64,000 bases of DNA, taken from Klebsormidium nitens. Taxonomy: Eukaryota > Plantae > Klebsormidiophyceae. Within the stretch, counting starts at the first letter, position 1; each line of letters begins with the position of its first letter. The stretch is taken from positions 188,764 through 252,763 of the forward strand of contig DF237011.1 of NCBI GenBank assembly GCA_000708835.1, read 5' to 3'. The position numbers and the translations under genes were made by a program. Below, piece by piece: positions 23,301-35,528 of the stretch. The notes beneath the pieces are model-generated. The model worked only from the letters and a program-made list of their open reading frames with translations. It was not told the DNA's origin and ran no database searches.

Positions 23301-26300
23301 ACTCGCAAGATCACCGTAATCGGAGCAATTGAATTTGAAATCTTCGTACCAGTGATCGGCCCGATGGTAGGAGGGGGGGTGGGAGGCGGAGTAGGCGGTG
23401 GGGTTCCATTCTTGGGCGTAGGGTTAGGACCCGGATTTCTGCAAAGAAAAGCGGCGTCTCCATTAAACGTTAGAAGAAGGTTGAATATTTCTTTGATTGA
23501 AAGTTGGCTCAATGCAACGTTAAATGAAAGCGGAGCAAGATTTCGTCAGACTCTTGGAAACCTCGTTCAGTCGGTTCTGGTCAGCTTGAGCGGACACGCT
23601 TAGCTAGCGTCCCATGATAAGCTCTCAGGGCGATTCCTTCCATGGGAGTCTAGCTTGAGATTCACTGAGGCACATTCAAGTAATGCTTGATAGCAAGACG
23701 GTCCGCTGGAAGTAGCTGGGCACATGATTGATCGTTTCTAGTTTGATTGGTGGTAGGCGATCAGTTTGTATCCGGGGAGACTTGCGCAATTGGCGCATCC
23801 GCAGTCTCAAAGGCTGCAACTTGAACAACCCTCTTTTTCTAGTCTTCAAATTTCCACAATATGAGCAGATGACGAAAGAACGATGACCATCTCAGGCCCT
23901 ACGTATTTCCAACAGACTTGGATTTAATCATTTGGCCCATGTCACGGACTCGTATGTCTCTTTGTGGTAATGGCGCCGAGTCGATCAGTCCGATGCGAGC
24001 AGCCAGCCGACTTATCCAAGATTCTGCTATGGCCAGCTTGCAGCAATGGCCATTTTCCCCCTGATATTTGAAGGATTCTCACACTCGCACAGCCCGTCAA
24101 ACTTACGGAAGTTCGCACGTGCTCCCCTGGAAGTTGCTCGGGCAGACACATTCGAAGGCGCCGTTGACACCATTAAAGTCTGCGAGTGCATAGCATGTGC
24201 CTCCGTTCTTGCATGGGCTAGGATTGCACCGGTCGGTTCCTGCATGGTACGAAACTTGAAAGCATCGAGATCTGCTTGAGCGCTTTGTTCGAACAATGAA
24301 ATCAACAAATATAGAAGCAGGCAAGTGGCAATTGAGAATTCAACCTATGAGGCAAGCAGATAGTTTCTTTACCCAAAGACCTATCTCATTCCCCATGCCC
24401 AAGTGCGCTTTGAAATTCACGGATCCCTCCTGATCGGACAGAAGGCCTCATGCGCAATTGGCAACCAACCTCGTGACACGGGGCAAAAGACCCCTCAATA
24501 AGCACGATTCGGAGAGTCCAGCGCTAGTAGATCCAGAATCCAAACAGCGCCTAGCGTGCAGCTGACACGCTGCCTAATTGCTCGAGTTTACCGTGCAAAT
24601 TCAATGAGCCTGCAGCTGCCGGATTTGAGAGCGCCTGGTGTGCTTCTACTAGAATATAAGTTCTCCTCAGTCACTCGGACTTGGGGCAGGGCCTCTGCAG
24701 ATGGTGTCTTTGAAGCATAACGACTTAGAGAGCAGATATTCGGGCTCGAGTCCTTTCAACAGAAGGCTTGCTCTGATCCACGTTTGAACGACAGGATGCA
24801 AGTCAGGCCTCAGACATGCTACACAGCTAAAGCGCACTGTCAACAAGCGCTCTGACGTTATGAAGCAAGAGCGTCGCTGCAGACCTTCAAAGATGCGTGC
24901 ATGACATCATACCCACTTTTTGTTCCTGTGTGTGAGAACACCGAACACAAACCAGACTTGGAAGGAGGGGGTTGAAAAGAGACTTGTAGAGGCAGAAAGA
25001 AGTTCATTAAAAGTACCTGGCACGTAGCAGAAGTCTTCGTAGATTCTATGGCTGAGCACAGAAGGGGCATTGCAGGTACAGACGGTCTCGACTGTGGTGC
25101 GCCCCGAAATGGAATACACTTTGAGCTTACACTGGTTACCTGCAGGGGTAACACTAGCGAGATGAGCATGAGTAACAGCATCAAAAACGTGGCATCTGTG
25201 CAGCCTGTTTAGCAAAGGGGAAGGTTCAAGTCCGTTTTAAGGTGAGCGCGCGTTTCTCTAAGCTAGCGGGTTTTCTTTTTAGAACTCGCTTACAGACAAA
25301 ACCGCCCAAGTCTTGGAAGCGCTTGGTGGGTTGGCCTCCCTGTTGGACAGAATGCAAGTCGGTTAGTTGCCCCTTTCTGTCTGTCATTGCTTAGAGCAAG
25401 TGTCTCTGTGAGTACTGATGTCTGGGACTCAGTGGTGGGGCGACATGGAGTCTGGGCCAGCAGCCTGATTCCCACTCATGCAGAAAAAGTAGCCCGTCCG
25501 ATGTAGTCAACAGAAAGGCTAAGTACAAACTGGGAGGGGCATCCTATAAGGTCCATTCGGTCATGTCCAAACCAAGCCAGAACGGAGCCATTGACTAAAT
25601 TTTGTCAACATCAGAGTTGAAAGTTTTGTAATTCAGCAACTACCAAATCCAATACAAAATGCACTGTTTCAAACAGCCTGGCAAAGTCTGACAAAGGGTT
25701 GAAGAACAGGGCTCAGCTGGCATTGACAATGTCACTGACTGAGTCAAGACCTTCCTCAATTGGAGGCAAGGCTTGCGCTCTCACTCTTGTTGTCATTGTC
25801 ATAGGACTGCTAGCTTACTATATGGGAGATGTGCAATCACATCCTCATGGTAGGAAGTTAAACAGGGAACTCAGGCTTCTGACTCTGCTAGATTCTGAAC
25901 AGAGTCGATTCTTTGTTAGAGTTTGGGAATTGCACTTTGACCATTCTGACGAGAGTTTCCTCAATGAGCGCCATTAGGAGCTGACATGTCAGTATTCCCA
26001 AGTGACTGATTCTGTCCTAACGGAGACAGAACCAAATAAATTTTCTGTCTCTGTTAGGGGGGCTAGGACTATCCGGACGAGGAAATCAAGCACACTTTTC
26101 ATTGAGCTACCGTGCTCTGGAAGCAAGCACGTCGTAAGAACGTCCGTTCAGCCATTTCGAGCTTCCCCCTTTTAGATCGCTGAGTACTTCAGTCGCAATT
26201 CAACCCATGACCACCTATTACACAGGGCCCCTACTAGAATGGCCTCGGATTAAAGCCAGATATTCTGGTCCAAGCTGGTCCAAGCTCAGGGCTGGTCCAA

Positions 26301-26641
26301 TCGGCAACTCTCTGTGTCTCAACTTCAGCTCCCCAAGGAAATCATAAATGCCGATCACCACATCCTGCAACAGGTAAGGACACATGCAAGAACAGCGCAC
26401 CCAAAAAGCGCAGATTGATAAGGAAACACAGATTACCTGCACCGCAGGGCCCAGGATTCCCGTAGCACGGATCCGCACGGCATTCGGAGGGCTCGGTGGG
26501 CCCATATATAAAGTAGTTCCATACAAAGAACCCCGTGGGGCAGGAGAGTGAGTCGTCAAGACTCTGAGAAAAACTCGCTATAGGAAAAGAGAGCCAGCTT
26601 GCAATGATCAGGAGCAGAGCGCCGGTGTTGCGGAACGACAT
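20315..26641 (-). CDS. Paralog A: secreted EGF/EGF/Pro-rich/3x six-Cys-repeat protein, 381 aa, intact
   Basis: Exons 26641-26437, 25139-25017, 24239-24107, 23438-23350, 22870-22794, 22419-22278, 21379-21173 and 20484-20315 total 1146 nt, are all GT-AG and contain no internal stops. Signal peptide [25 protein letters not shown]; [32 protein letters not shown]; repeats such as [53 protein letters not shown]. Confidence 0.9.
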
Positions 26642-28433
26642 CGTGGGGAAGATTCTGCTAGCACCAGAACGATTGCTGAGTAAAGATGTCCAATCTACAT
26701 GCTGCTTTCAACAAATATACGAGCTGCCGTCCTAGCTCTTTTCAGACCCCTGTCCGCCTGTGAACAAACTATGCCTCCAATGCTCATGAGTGGTGGAAGG
26801 ACGTCGTGTGAAGGGCTTCAGAAGTGTCGGCGCAACTCTTCTCAATTTCTTGTGCGCAAAGCTAGTTGCACTGCATTCAAGCGATGCTCCCCTAGCAATG
26901 CAGGGAGTTGCTCACTGCGAATCACCGTCAATTCGAACTCTAGCTAATTGACCCGCCGCCAAAGCGCCCTGATTGGCAGAGCCTACCTAGGTACCTTAGC
27001 CATACTGTGGATGCATTATGCGACTTTACCTTCGTGTGTCAACATCTTCTTAGGAATGGCCCGGTGATCCCGTGATCCACACTGCAGTGTGCACAGCATC
27101 AGTGATCACGTAGGGTGATTCCGTCTCGGCAAATGACGCACTGCTGACGGATGAGTCAGAGCCAGCAGCTGCCACGTCCTGGCAGGCTGGCACATTTCCC
27201 TGAAACCTTCGACCCCTGTGACGGGCGCGCGGCCGCGGTCGCTTCAAAATTCAAGTTGAGTACGTCCCGGCGGCGCCGGCCGCGCGATCTCGGCCGGTCG
27301 ATCACTGTTGACAGCCGTTCAGACGTTGAACGAATACCGAAGGCGGATGTCACCAGCTGATGTATCTTATATCTAGCTCACTGCATAGCTATCGATGAAA
27401 AATCAATTTCTCTGAATCATGACTGCAAGGCTCATCAGAAGGCATCATTCAAGTTACATATGTCGATCATGCAAGTACGCCACTCATGAAGCTTTGCAGT
27501 ACTACAGCATAAATATACAAGCCCCATACAAGCTATAGTGCGGCCGGACATACTAACTCTGATTGCTGGCGGCTTGGACTGCCGTAATGATGCCGCGCTG
27601 AGCCACGCTACAGAGAATGCATAAGACCCTGCTTGTTGCAAACGTGCCATAAAGCAGCGCATACAGCCTCGTACCGTATAGTCACAGCAGAGTCGGCAGG
27701 CCCAGCTCCTTATAATTAGCTGTCATCATTGCACGGGAGTGGGAGACTGACTCATAGCTTTTAAGCCTGACTGCCTTAAAAGCACGACGCACGAGATGAA
27801 TGAATGTGCGAAGCCGGATGAGCCAGAGTACAAGGACTCTAAACAATAAAAGAACGCTGATGGACTTGCATTTTCACTCAGAACGCAACCTGCAAGCGGT
27901 TCGTTCGTGAAAGATTAGTTATCCTGCATGAAGTTAGCAAGAAACTAGGCGGCGCTACTGTGACGTGATGATGTTTTGTTCCTTGAAAGAGTGGTGACTA
28001 ATCGACTCTCTTCCTTTACAGACTATCTCTCGTACAGTAAATCAGCATCTAAAACTCGAAGTGCAGCGACTTCGAACCGATTCAAAGGGCGACAGTCTAT
28101 TATCACGTCTCTACAAGCTGCCTAATCAGAATCGAGCTAAACGAGAAACAAGCGGTCCTTGAATGCCAGTCTATATAACCGTGTGGGCATAAATAAAAGG
28201 TGCGGCTATCTGTTCGACAACTAAGCAACGGTCAAAAAACAAACGTCTGTGTGCACGGGACGGCCAAAAGTGCATTCAGCAGCTGGTCTCTCTATCAGCG
28301 TCTCTATGTCAAAAGCTCCTTTGAATCCCACGAGGTTCCCAAGCAAAAATTGGGAAGTGGGGGGGCAAAAACTTGTTGGGACTGAGAAACCTAAAACCTC
28401 GAAACGTCTTAACACCCTAGAAGCCCTAAAGCC

Positions 28434-31400
28434 CTAGAGGCTAGGGGGCACGAATCCGTTGGTCTTGCAGCGGGGGAAAAGGTTGCCCGGCTGATTGAAG
28501 CCGTCACAGCCGTCATTGTCGCAGCAGACGTATCGGCCCTGGGGGTCGTTGTTATACCAGCAGCGGTTCGGAAAGGCTGACGCCGCTCCTAAGCCGCACA
28601 CTCCTGCGAGGATACACTTGACGTCAGCATGACGTCAGCAAGCTCGGAATTGGAATTCAAATGACCCGGAGCGGGAGGTCACGGAGTCAGAAGGTAGACG
28701 GAGGGATGGAAGAGGATGCCGGAGCTTCGAAGTCCCTCGCAGAGGATTATCACACGTCCTGTCTAGAAGGTCCCTTCCGACGCAAACATCGAGAAACAGT
28801 ACCAGCAAAAGCGGCGATCGAGGCGAGCTTTGCAGTACCGCAACGAATTCTGAAGGGCTTCTGCCTCTTCAAAAGAGAAAAGCCGGAGTCGGTAGCCTTA
28901 TTTCGGGTGCACGGAATCAGGTTTGGGACTGGGAATCCTGAGCAGAATGGAGTAAGCAAGGGCCAACGCCCTTCCATGCTGATCCTGATCGGCTATTCTG
29001 GCACAGCGGCACAGCAAAGTGCTCGGCAAACTTACTGCTGATTTGCGTTTGGCACGGGGCAACTTAAGTTGTTCATACCCTCTTGTTAAAAAAAGCAAAC
29101 CCATGTATAAACCACGTCGAGCATGAAACTTTCACCCCTTTGACCATATTTCAAACCAGCTTGTAGCCAATCCCTGTTCATTACTAGTGGATCCTGGGCA
29201 CGGGAGGCGGAGGCGCGGATAAACAAAGGACGTGACCCGTATCTGCGCATGGTAACCATGAAGCAATTTAACCCCAATTTAACCCAGTTTTGAACTCACC
29301 TTGCGGTCCACCGGTGGGTCCGGGCCCGGGAGGCGGAGTGCGGGCGAACTTCAAGATGTCGGGCACCAAGCCAAAGTTCTTGCAGTGCGGGGTTAGGTTA
29401 TCGGCGTTGAACCCGTCGCAACCCTGATTATCGCAGCAGACGTAGCGCCCCAGGGGGTCGTTGTTGAACCAGCACCGGGTGGGGAAAGGTTCGGCGCCCG
29501 CCTTGCCGCAAACCCCTGAGGAAAACGGGTACGTTTCAAGTATCAGTCGGGTCGGAGTCTTTCCCATACAGCTTTCAGCTTAGGACAGATATTCTGTTTC
29601 ATCGAGTGGTCGATGAGCTGAACGGCTCAGGCCCAATTGTTTGCTCACCTAATCAGACTTTTATCCTCACTCAAACAAAAGGATTCTGCAAGAACGGGAA
29701 CTCTTACCATGTTGCGTGGACAACAAAGGCGATGAGTCTGTTCGTCGACGGAAATCAGTCCTTGACAATCCTCATTGAGGACTGGTTACTCCTGCGCTGA
29801 TAGGTTGCAAGTCCTTCAGCTAACCAGGTCACAAAAGCACTGGCGCGAGAAAGGAGTAACATACTCATCATGATCTGAGTTGTCGAGCTGGTTAGATCTT
29901 TGATCAGGTTAACAAGGTTCAGTGAACCTCATTCCGGATCCGTTCGTTTGGAGTTCTCCGCACGCACGTATTCAGTTCGTTTCGGGACGAGAGTACGATA
30001 GTGAAGAATCCAACATGAATCAGGGTTCGACGCGACTCCAAGACGCAAAGACGAGTCTCCGTGAAAGCAAAGCGGACCAGAAGGTCGTTCACATCGGCAA
30101 TCCTTACACTCATTCGTTCCCCACTGAGGACGAACGACGGTCAGGATTGTAAGTTCGGAAGTGGTATCAAATTTGCTCGTCGAAAGGCCCGGCCTGAGAC
30201 ATCCAGCTTCTTTGCACAGATAAGTTCGCAGCACTCAAAGAGGAATCACAACCCAATGTCAGAAGCTACGCGCAATCTGCTGAAGCGGCTTCCGATATTA
30301 GCGGAGATTGTTCTCCGGTTATACACGCGAGGAGACACCGACGTCTGGTGGTGTGTCATTGGGGTGCTGAACGTTTGCTGTGTACACTGTCCGACAATAA
30401 CCGGAATCAAGGAAACAAGTCATAGAGAGGTTGACCTGAACCTTACCCTGGTCAGTCGTTGGAGGCGGGGGCGGCCCTCCGATTTTGCCAAAGTTTGGAG
30501 GCACGTATCCAAAGTTTTTGCACTGTGGGGTCAGGTTGTCTGCGTTGAATCCTTCACACCCTTGGGCGTCACAGCACACGTATCGGCCCTGCAGGTAGTA
30601 CCAATAAAATGCTAACACTCTTTAAGGTGTTCAATCGAGTCCTCGTTGAGATCGGGTACGCATCCAACTTCGGCAGCATCCGAATCCAGAAGTTCAAGCG
30701 TGAGCTTCAAGAGACAGTTCGGGACTTCACCCCTTGTTTCATCGAAATTCGTCTCATACTAGCTGAAACTTGGAGCTAGACCAAACAGAGACGAAAAGCC
30801 CCCGGCTCACATGAGTTTGGCTTCGTTGCAAACTTGGAAAACCCACATGGCTTAGCTACAGTGATTCTAAACCAACAGAAATACCCACATGGGTTAGCGA
30901 GGACACGATAGTCCTCAACCCACCGAAATGCTCACTTACCTCGGGGTCGCTGTTGAACCAGCACCTCTGCGGAAAGTCAGCCGCGTCGCCTCTGCCACAG
31001 ATCGGGCCTTGTTCCACTGTATACAAGCATAGCCGGATTAGAACCATAACCATGCCTGGTCAAGTCTCTGAATCAGATTAGTGCCCAGGAAAAAGAGACC
31101 TTAACCGCAATTGGTAACCGCACATCGGGGCCGGCCGGATGATAGTAAATACTCCCTAAGCAATCTAGGAGGGTCTATTAGTTTTCCTGACTTCATGCAT
31201 GTACTTTTTCTTTCCAGCCTAGATGCCAACGTGGGGGCGTCTAGCAAGCAAAGCTGGCCGCTGCTCGACTGATCAAAAGAGAGATCTGCACCAAACCGAG
31301 ACGCAAAGGGTAACACGGTAATGAATGACGTTTCTCGGGCTCATTGTGATACATGGCTCCACGCTCCAGCAGCAAGCAGCATACCAGTGAAGGACGAGCT

Positions 31401-34331
31401 GAATCCTTTGCCAGCGATTTGTAAACAAATCTGTAAGAGAATCTGCAGCAAAAGCATGCCATCCGAAAGTAGATTGAGAAACGAGAAGCGTAGCACCTAA
31501 TGAAGGCAGAGAAGATACAGCTTGTGCCAGCGACTCATACACGGATAGGACAGTTTGGGCAGATTGCATGCATCTTAAAGTGAAGTAAAGCGAAGCTCGA
31601 CTGAAAGTGTCGTACCAGGCGGTTCAACGACAATGATAGGTGTGGGAGAGGGAGTCGGAGTGGGCGGCGGAGGTCCAGTCCTGGGCGCGGGGATGGGAGC
31701 TGGGTTTCTGCAAACAACGGAGCTACGGTTTCAGTGACTCATATTGGTTAAAAGATCTTGGTCGAGTGTCTTTCGACCAGAGGGAGAGCGCCCTTTTAGA
31801 GAGCCTGACTGGTCAACATATGGTCAACACGAGATGGACAGAACGGATAGGCGGTAAGCTGCTCACATGCTCGTTATGAAACCGGTCAAAAGAAGGCAAT
31901 TCCCTTGACCTTTTAGAATGACAGATAGCTTGTTCAGTTGACCTGGTCTTGACCAAATTCGTTGGTGTCTCCGAGTGGGCTGCCATGCAAACCCCTTTGA
32001 ATTGCTCCAACTTGATAAGGGGATTAGCAGGGGACATAAACCAAGACGGTGGGGCAGAACCTGAGCACGTAACCCGTTGAAAATAACAGTGACGTCTGTG
32101 GTGCCTGGACCTGACGGAATTCAGAACGGGATTCAGAACGGTATTCAGAGCGGTTTGTATCGAGGTTATGCAAACCATCGAAAACGAGAAAAGGAGCATG
32201 GGACTGATCTAAACCGTCTGTGACCTGAACCGTGACTCTTGCTGAAACGGAGACGAGTCAATTCCAGCGTCCAGTCGTCTTCTGGCGGGTGAGGCAATGC
32301 CGCCTTCCAAGTTGTTTGGGAAAATTTTGATTACTCGCAAACTCACACAGCTGTCAAACTTACGGGAGTTCGCAAGTGGTTCCCTGGAGGTTACTGGGGC
32401 AGGTACACCTGAAGGCGCCCTGGACACCGTTGAAGTCTGTGACTGCCTCACACGTGCCTCCGTTCTTGCACGGGTTTGGGTTGCACCGATCGGTTCCTGC
32501 TCGGTAAGAGGATTCTGTTTGGAAAATGTGAAAGCCCCCATGTAAGAGTCTTCTGGCATCGATTTTTGTTCGGATATCAGGGAAGAGACCATCTTATCAG
32601 AGCAGCAGGCCTCTTTATCGAGGTAGAAGATCGATCTTGACTTCGGACAAAAGTTAATAGGATTGGGAACGAGAGTTTCCACTTTTTTGGCCCATACAAC
32701 GGCCGCCCAGCCTTTACCTCGCAACACTGCCTAGCATTCACTGTGTTTCCAGATTTATATATGACATGCAGCTACTGCCAAACTTGGTGCGGCTTGGTTA
32801 TGAAGAGCTCTTTAATTAATAGAGACATTGGGTGAGGCCTAATGAAATGCCCTCAAAAGTGTAACAAGTAGAGAGCAAACTCGTTGTCTAAGACTCTCCT
32901 CATACGAGAAGCCTTGCTCTGAAAACTTTTAATCAACAGCTAGACAGTTATTAGCCAGGCCTTAGACGTTTTATGCAGCAAAAGGGCACCTGCCACCGTC
33001 AACTGAGCTCCATAAGGGACAAAGCCTTGCTGCATAGCACACAATGCATTCATGACTTCATACCCAGCTTTATCTTCCATATGAGTAGAAAGACCTGAAG
33101 AATCACTGCATGTAATAATAGAGGAGCCATCAAGAGAGAAGAGCTTCCAACCTGGGTACCCTGGCACATCGCAAAGAGGAAATAGTAGGAGACCTACTTA
33201 CCTGGCACGTAGCAAAAGTCTGCGTAGACGATGTGGCTGAGTATAGAAGGGGCATTGCAGATACACACGGACTCAATTGCGGTGCGCCCCGAGATGGTAG
33301 TCGGCTTGTATGTACACTGGTTACCTGCAGGGTTACATCACTATGATGAGCTCAAGTGAAAGCTTGAAACATTGACACCTTTGCTGTGGGTCTAGCACAG
33401 AGGAGAATCCCATGTCAACCCTTGTCTTGTTACTGCTTTTGTGCCTGGCAGGTTTGAGTGTGGCTTTTGGCGCGTTTATTGCTAGGATTAGAATGAATGG
33501 TACTTGTGAAATTCGATGTCTCTGAAGAGGGAGAGGAGGTGCGTCAGATGAAGTTAATAGGAAGGCTCCGCCGAAAAGGCCTTGTACAGCCCGGGCTGGC
33601 TCACTGTGGCACTGTTGACTCTGGCTGACTTTGGCTGACTTGGATTGACTTGGGGAACATAAGCTTGAGGCCTTGGTAGATGAAGAGTACCTCAAAGACA
33701 CAAAGACTCTGCTATTTGCCATTTTAGATTGTGGAGTAGAATTTCCGGAGCTATCAGGATCGTTCTTGTGCTGGGAGAGAAGGGCAACATCCCCAAGTAA
33801 AGGTGCAGCTGATGACTTTGTGAAAGTTGGACAAAGAGAGCAGTACAGTGTCAGCAATCTTAAACCGTGACTTCCTGGTCGAAGCGCCCTTGCATTTGGT
33901 CAGAGCACAATCTTGAGGCTGGTCTAAGCAGCACCTTGTTCTGTTTGAGCCAAAACAACAGTGCCTGCAAAATCAAGCTCACTACATACGGCAACATGTT
34001 TGTCACTTTCAACCGACTCGTTTCTGACCTTGACCTCAACAGGGTTTTCAAAATTGCTTTCAAAATTGAGCTCAGGCAACTACGCAATGTGACAAATTGA
34101 TAGGAACGTCAACGACAATCTTACCTGCACCACAAGGACCAGGATTTCCAAAGCATTTATCAACGGCGCACACCGGGGGCAAGGCACCAACAAAATCGTT
34201 CAGGCCCGAATGAACCCAGCAGGGCAGGAAAAGTCCTTGTCGACAATCAGAGAAACAGTTGCTGTGGGAAGAGAGATGCAGCTTGCAATCATTAGCAAAG
34301 CAGCAGCGCGAAGCGCCATTGCGGCGACCAT
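28434..34331 (-). pseudogene. Paralog B: same 8-exon architecture with a frameshift in exon 1 (pseudogene or assembly indel)
   Basis: Exons 34331-34125, 33324-33202, 32496-32364, 31707-31616, 31016-30940, 30588-30447, 29515-29300 and 28603-28434. Exon 1 is 207 nt where 3n+1 is needed; ..TTC ATT CGG GCC TGA gives a stop at 34202-34200, while the downstream frame [27 protein letters not shown] is intact. All other exons are open with canonical splice sites. Confidence 0.8.
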
Positions 34332-35329
34332 TTTGCTGGCACCAAATTAAAAGCTCTGAAAGTTCCCGAAAGTCTAAACCCTGGCGCTCATTAATGTGTC
34401 GTCCAACCTCTTTGAAAATGAGCACCTGTGATAAAGCTTAGCTACAGCAATGGGCCCGATAATTCATCTGAAGAAAGACCTTTCTGTGAAGTGCTTTCTG
34501 TAGAATGCTGCTCCTCTAATACCCAGGAGTCGGTCCATAATGCATGGGGATGCCGTAACGATTAATCCCAGCTAGTGGGCGCCCCCACTTTGATCCCAGC
34601 TCTAGCATTGCTTTTGGCAGCTGCCTGAGCAGCCTGCTAGCGCCACCCTGCTACCGGTTACCGGTACAACAGTCTAGGGCCGGTCTGACTACCGGTAGCT
34701 AGGTTACAGGTAGCTGGGGGAGAATCACATGCAGGAACAGTCGCACTCCTGTATCAAACGCAGGGATCAATCATCATAACCCAGTCTTCGGAGTAGCGGA
34801 AACTGGCCGCCACCCTGTAAACCTACTTGCGTAAACCTTTTGGTTACGAGAGCCAAGTGTCGCTGTGAAGTTTCTCTGAGGCCCGGGGATTTGACCAGTG
34901 GGACCCAGTACTGCTGACAAGCTGCCAGGTGGCAGCTGCTTGGCTGGGTAGCGCGCTGCGTCAGCGATGTCGTCATCCGGCGGTCTTCCTCCTCAGAGTC
35001 ACTCTGAAGTACAATGATGCGTATGCGACATTCTCGCAAGGGTGACCCCAGCAGGGTCACCCTGCAGGCTGCCAGTGCGAGTCACCCAGGCGGCTCCAAA
35101 GTCCAGAGTACGGTACCGGTTAACAAATTTGAGGCAGTTCCCTATTTTGTCACGGACATCAGCACATGCATGGGTGCCCACTGCCTAGCGCTTGTGCATG
35201 TCTAGCTGCAGCTGCTGCTTCATACGGTATAGGTACCTCATATTTGGAGGGTCAATCTTTGCGCTGAATGGGCGATTCTCTGAGGTCTGCAGAAATTGTG
35301 GCAGCTAATTGAGCTGAGGTCCGGGGCTC

Positions 35330-35335
35330 TATATA
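35330..35335 (+). promoter_or_regulatory. Candidate TATA box of paralog C
   Basis: TATATA lies ~200 nt upstream of ATG 35529. Confidence 0.4.
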
Positions 35336-35528
35336 TTTTGCTCTGCAATTCTTCAAACACGCAGCAGGAGGGTCGGCATTTCTGGCACAATATCGCCAGG
35401 ACTTTCCCGCACAGACGCAACGCTGTAGCGTCTTCCCTCCGGGGGCTGATTGGTTCTGCATCTCGAGCTAGATTCGGATTGAGCAGCCATCAAATTGCCA
35501 GGGACCGCCTTTGGCGCCAGCTAGCGCA

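Noticed and set aside
30061-30615. 184-aa + strand ORF and similar long antisense ORFs over cluster exons (21133-21663, 32209-32727)
   Set aside because: These are antisense or off-frame shadows of GC-rich coding exons.
33333-34100. ORFs in intron 1 of B that resemble intron 1 of D
   Set aside because: The similarity is explained by paralogous intron ancestry, and the frames are not preserved between paralogs.
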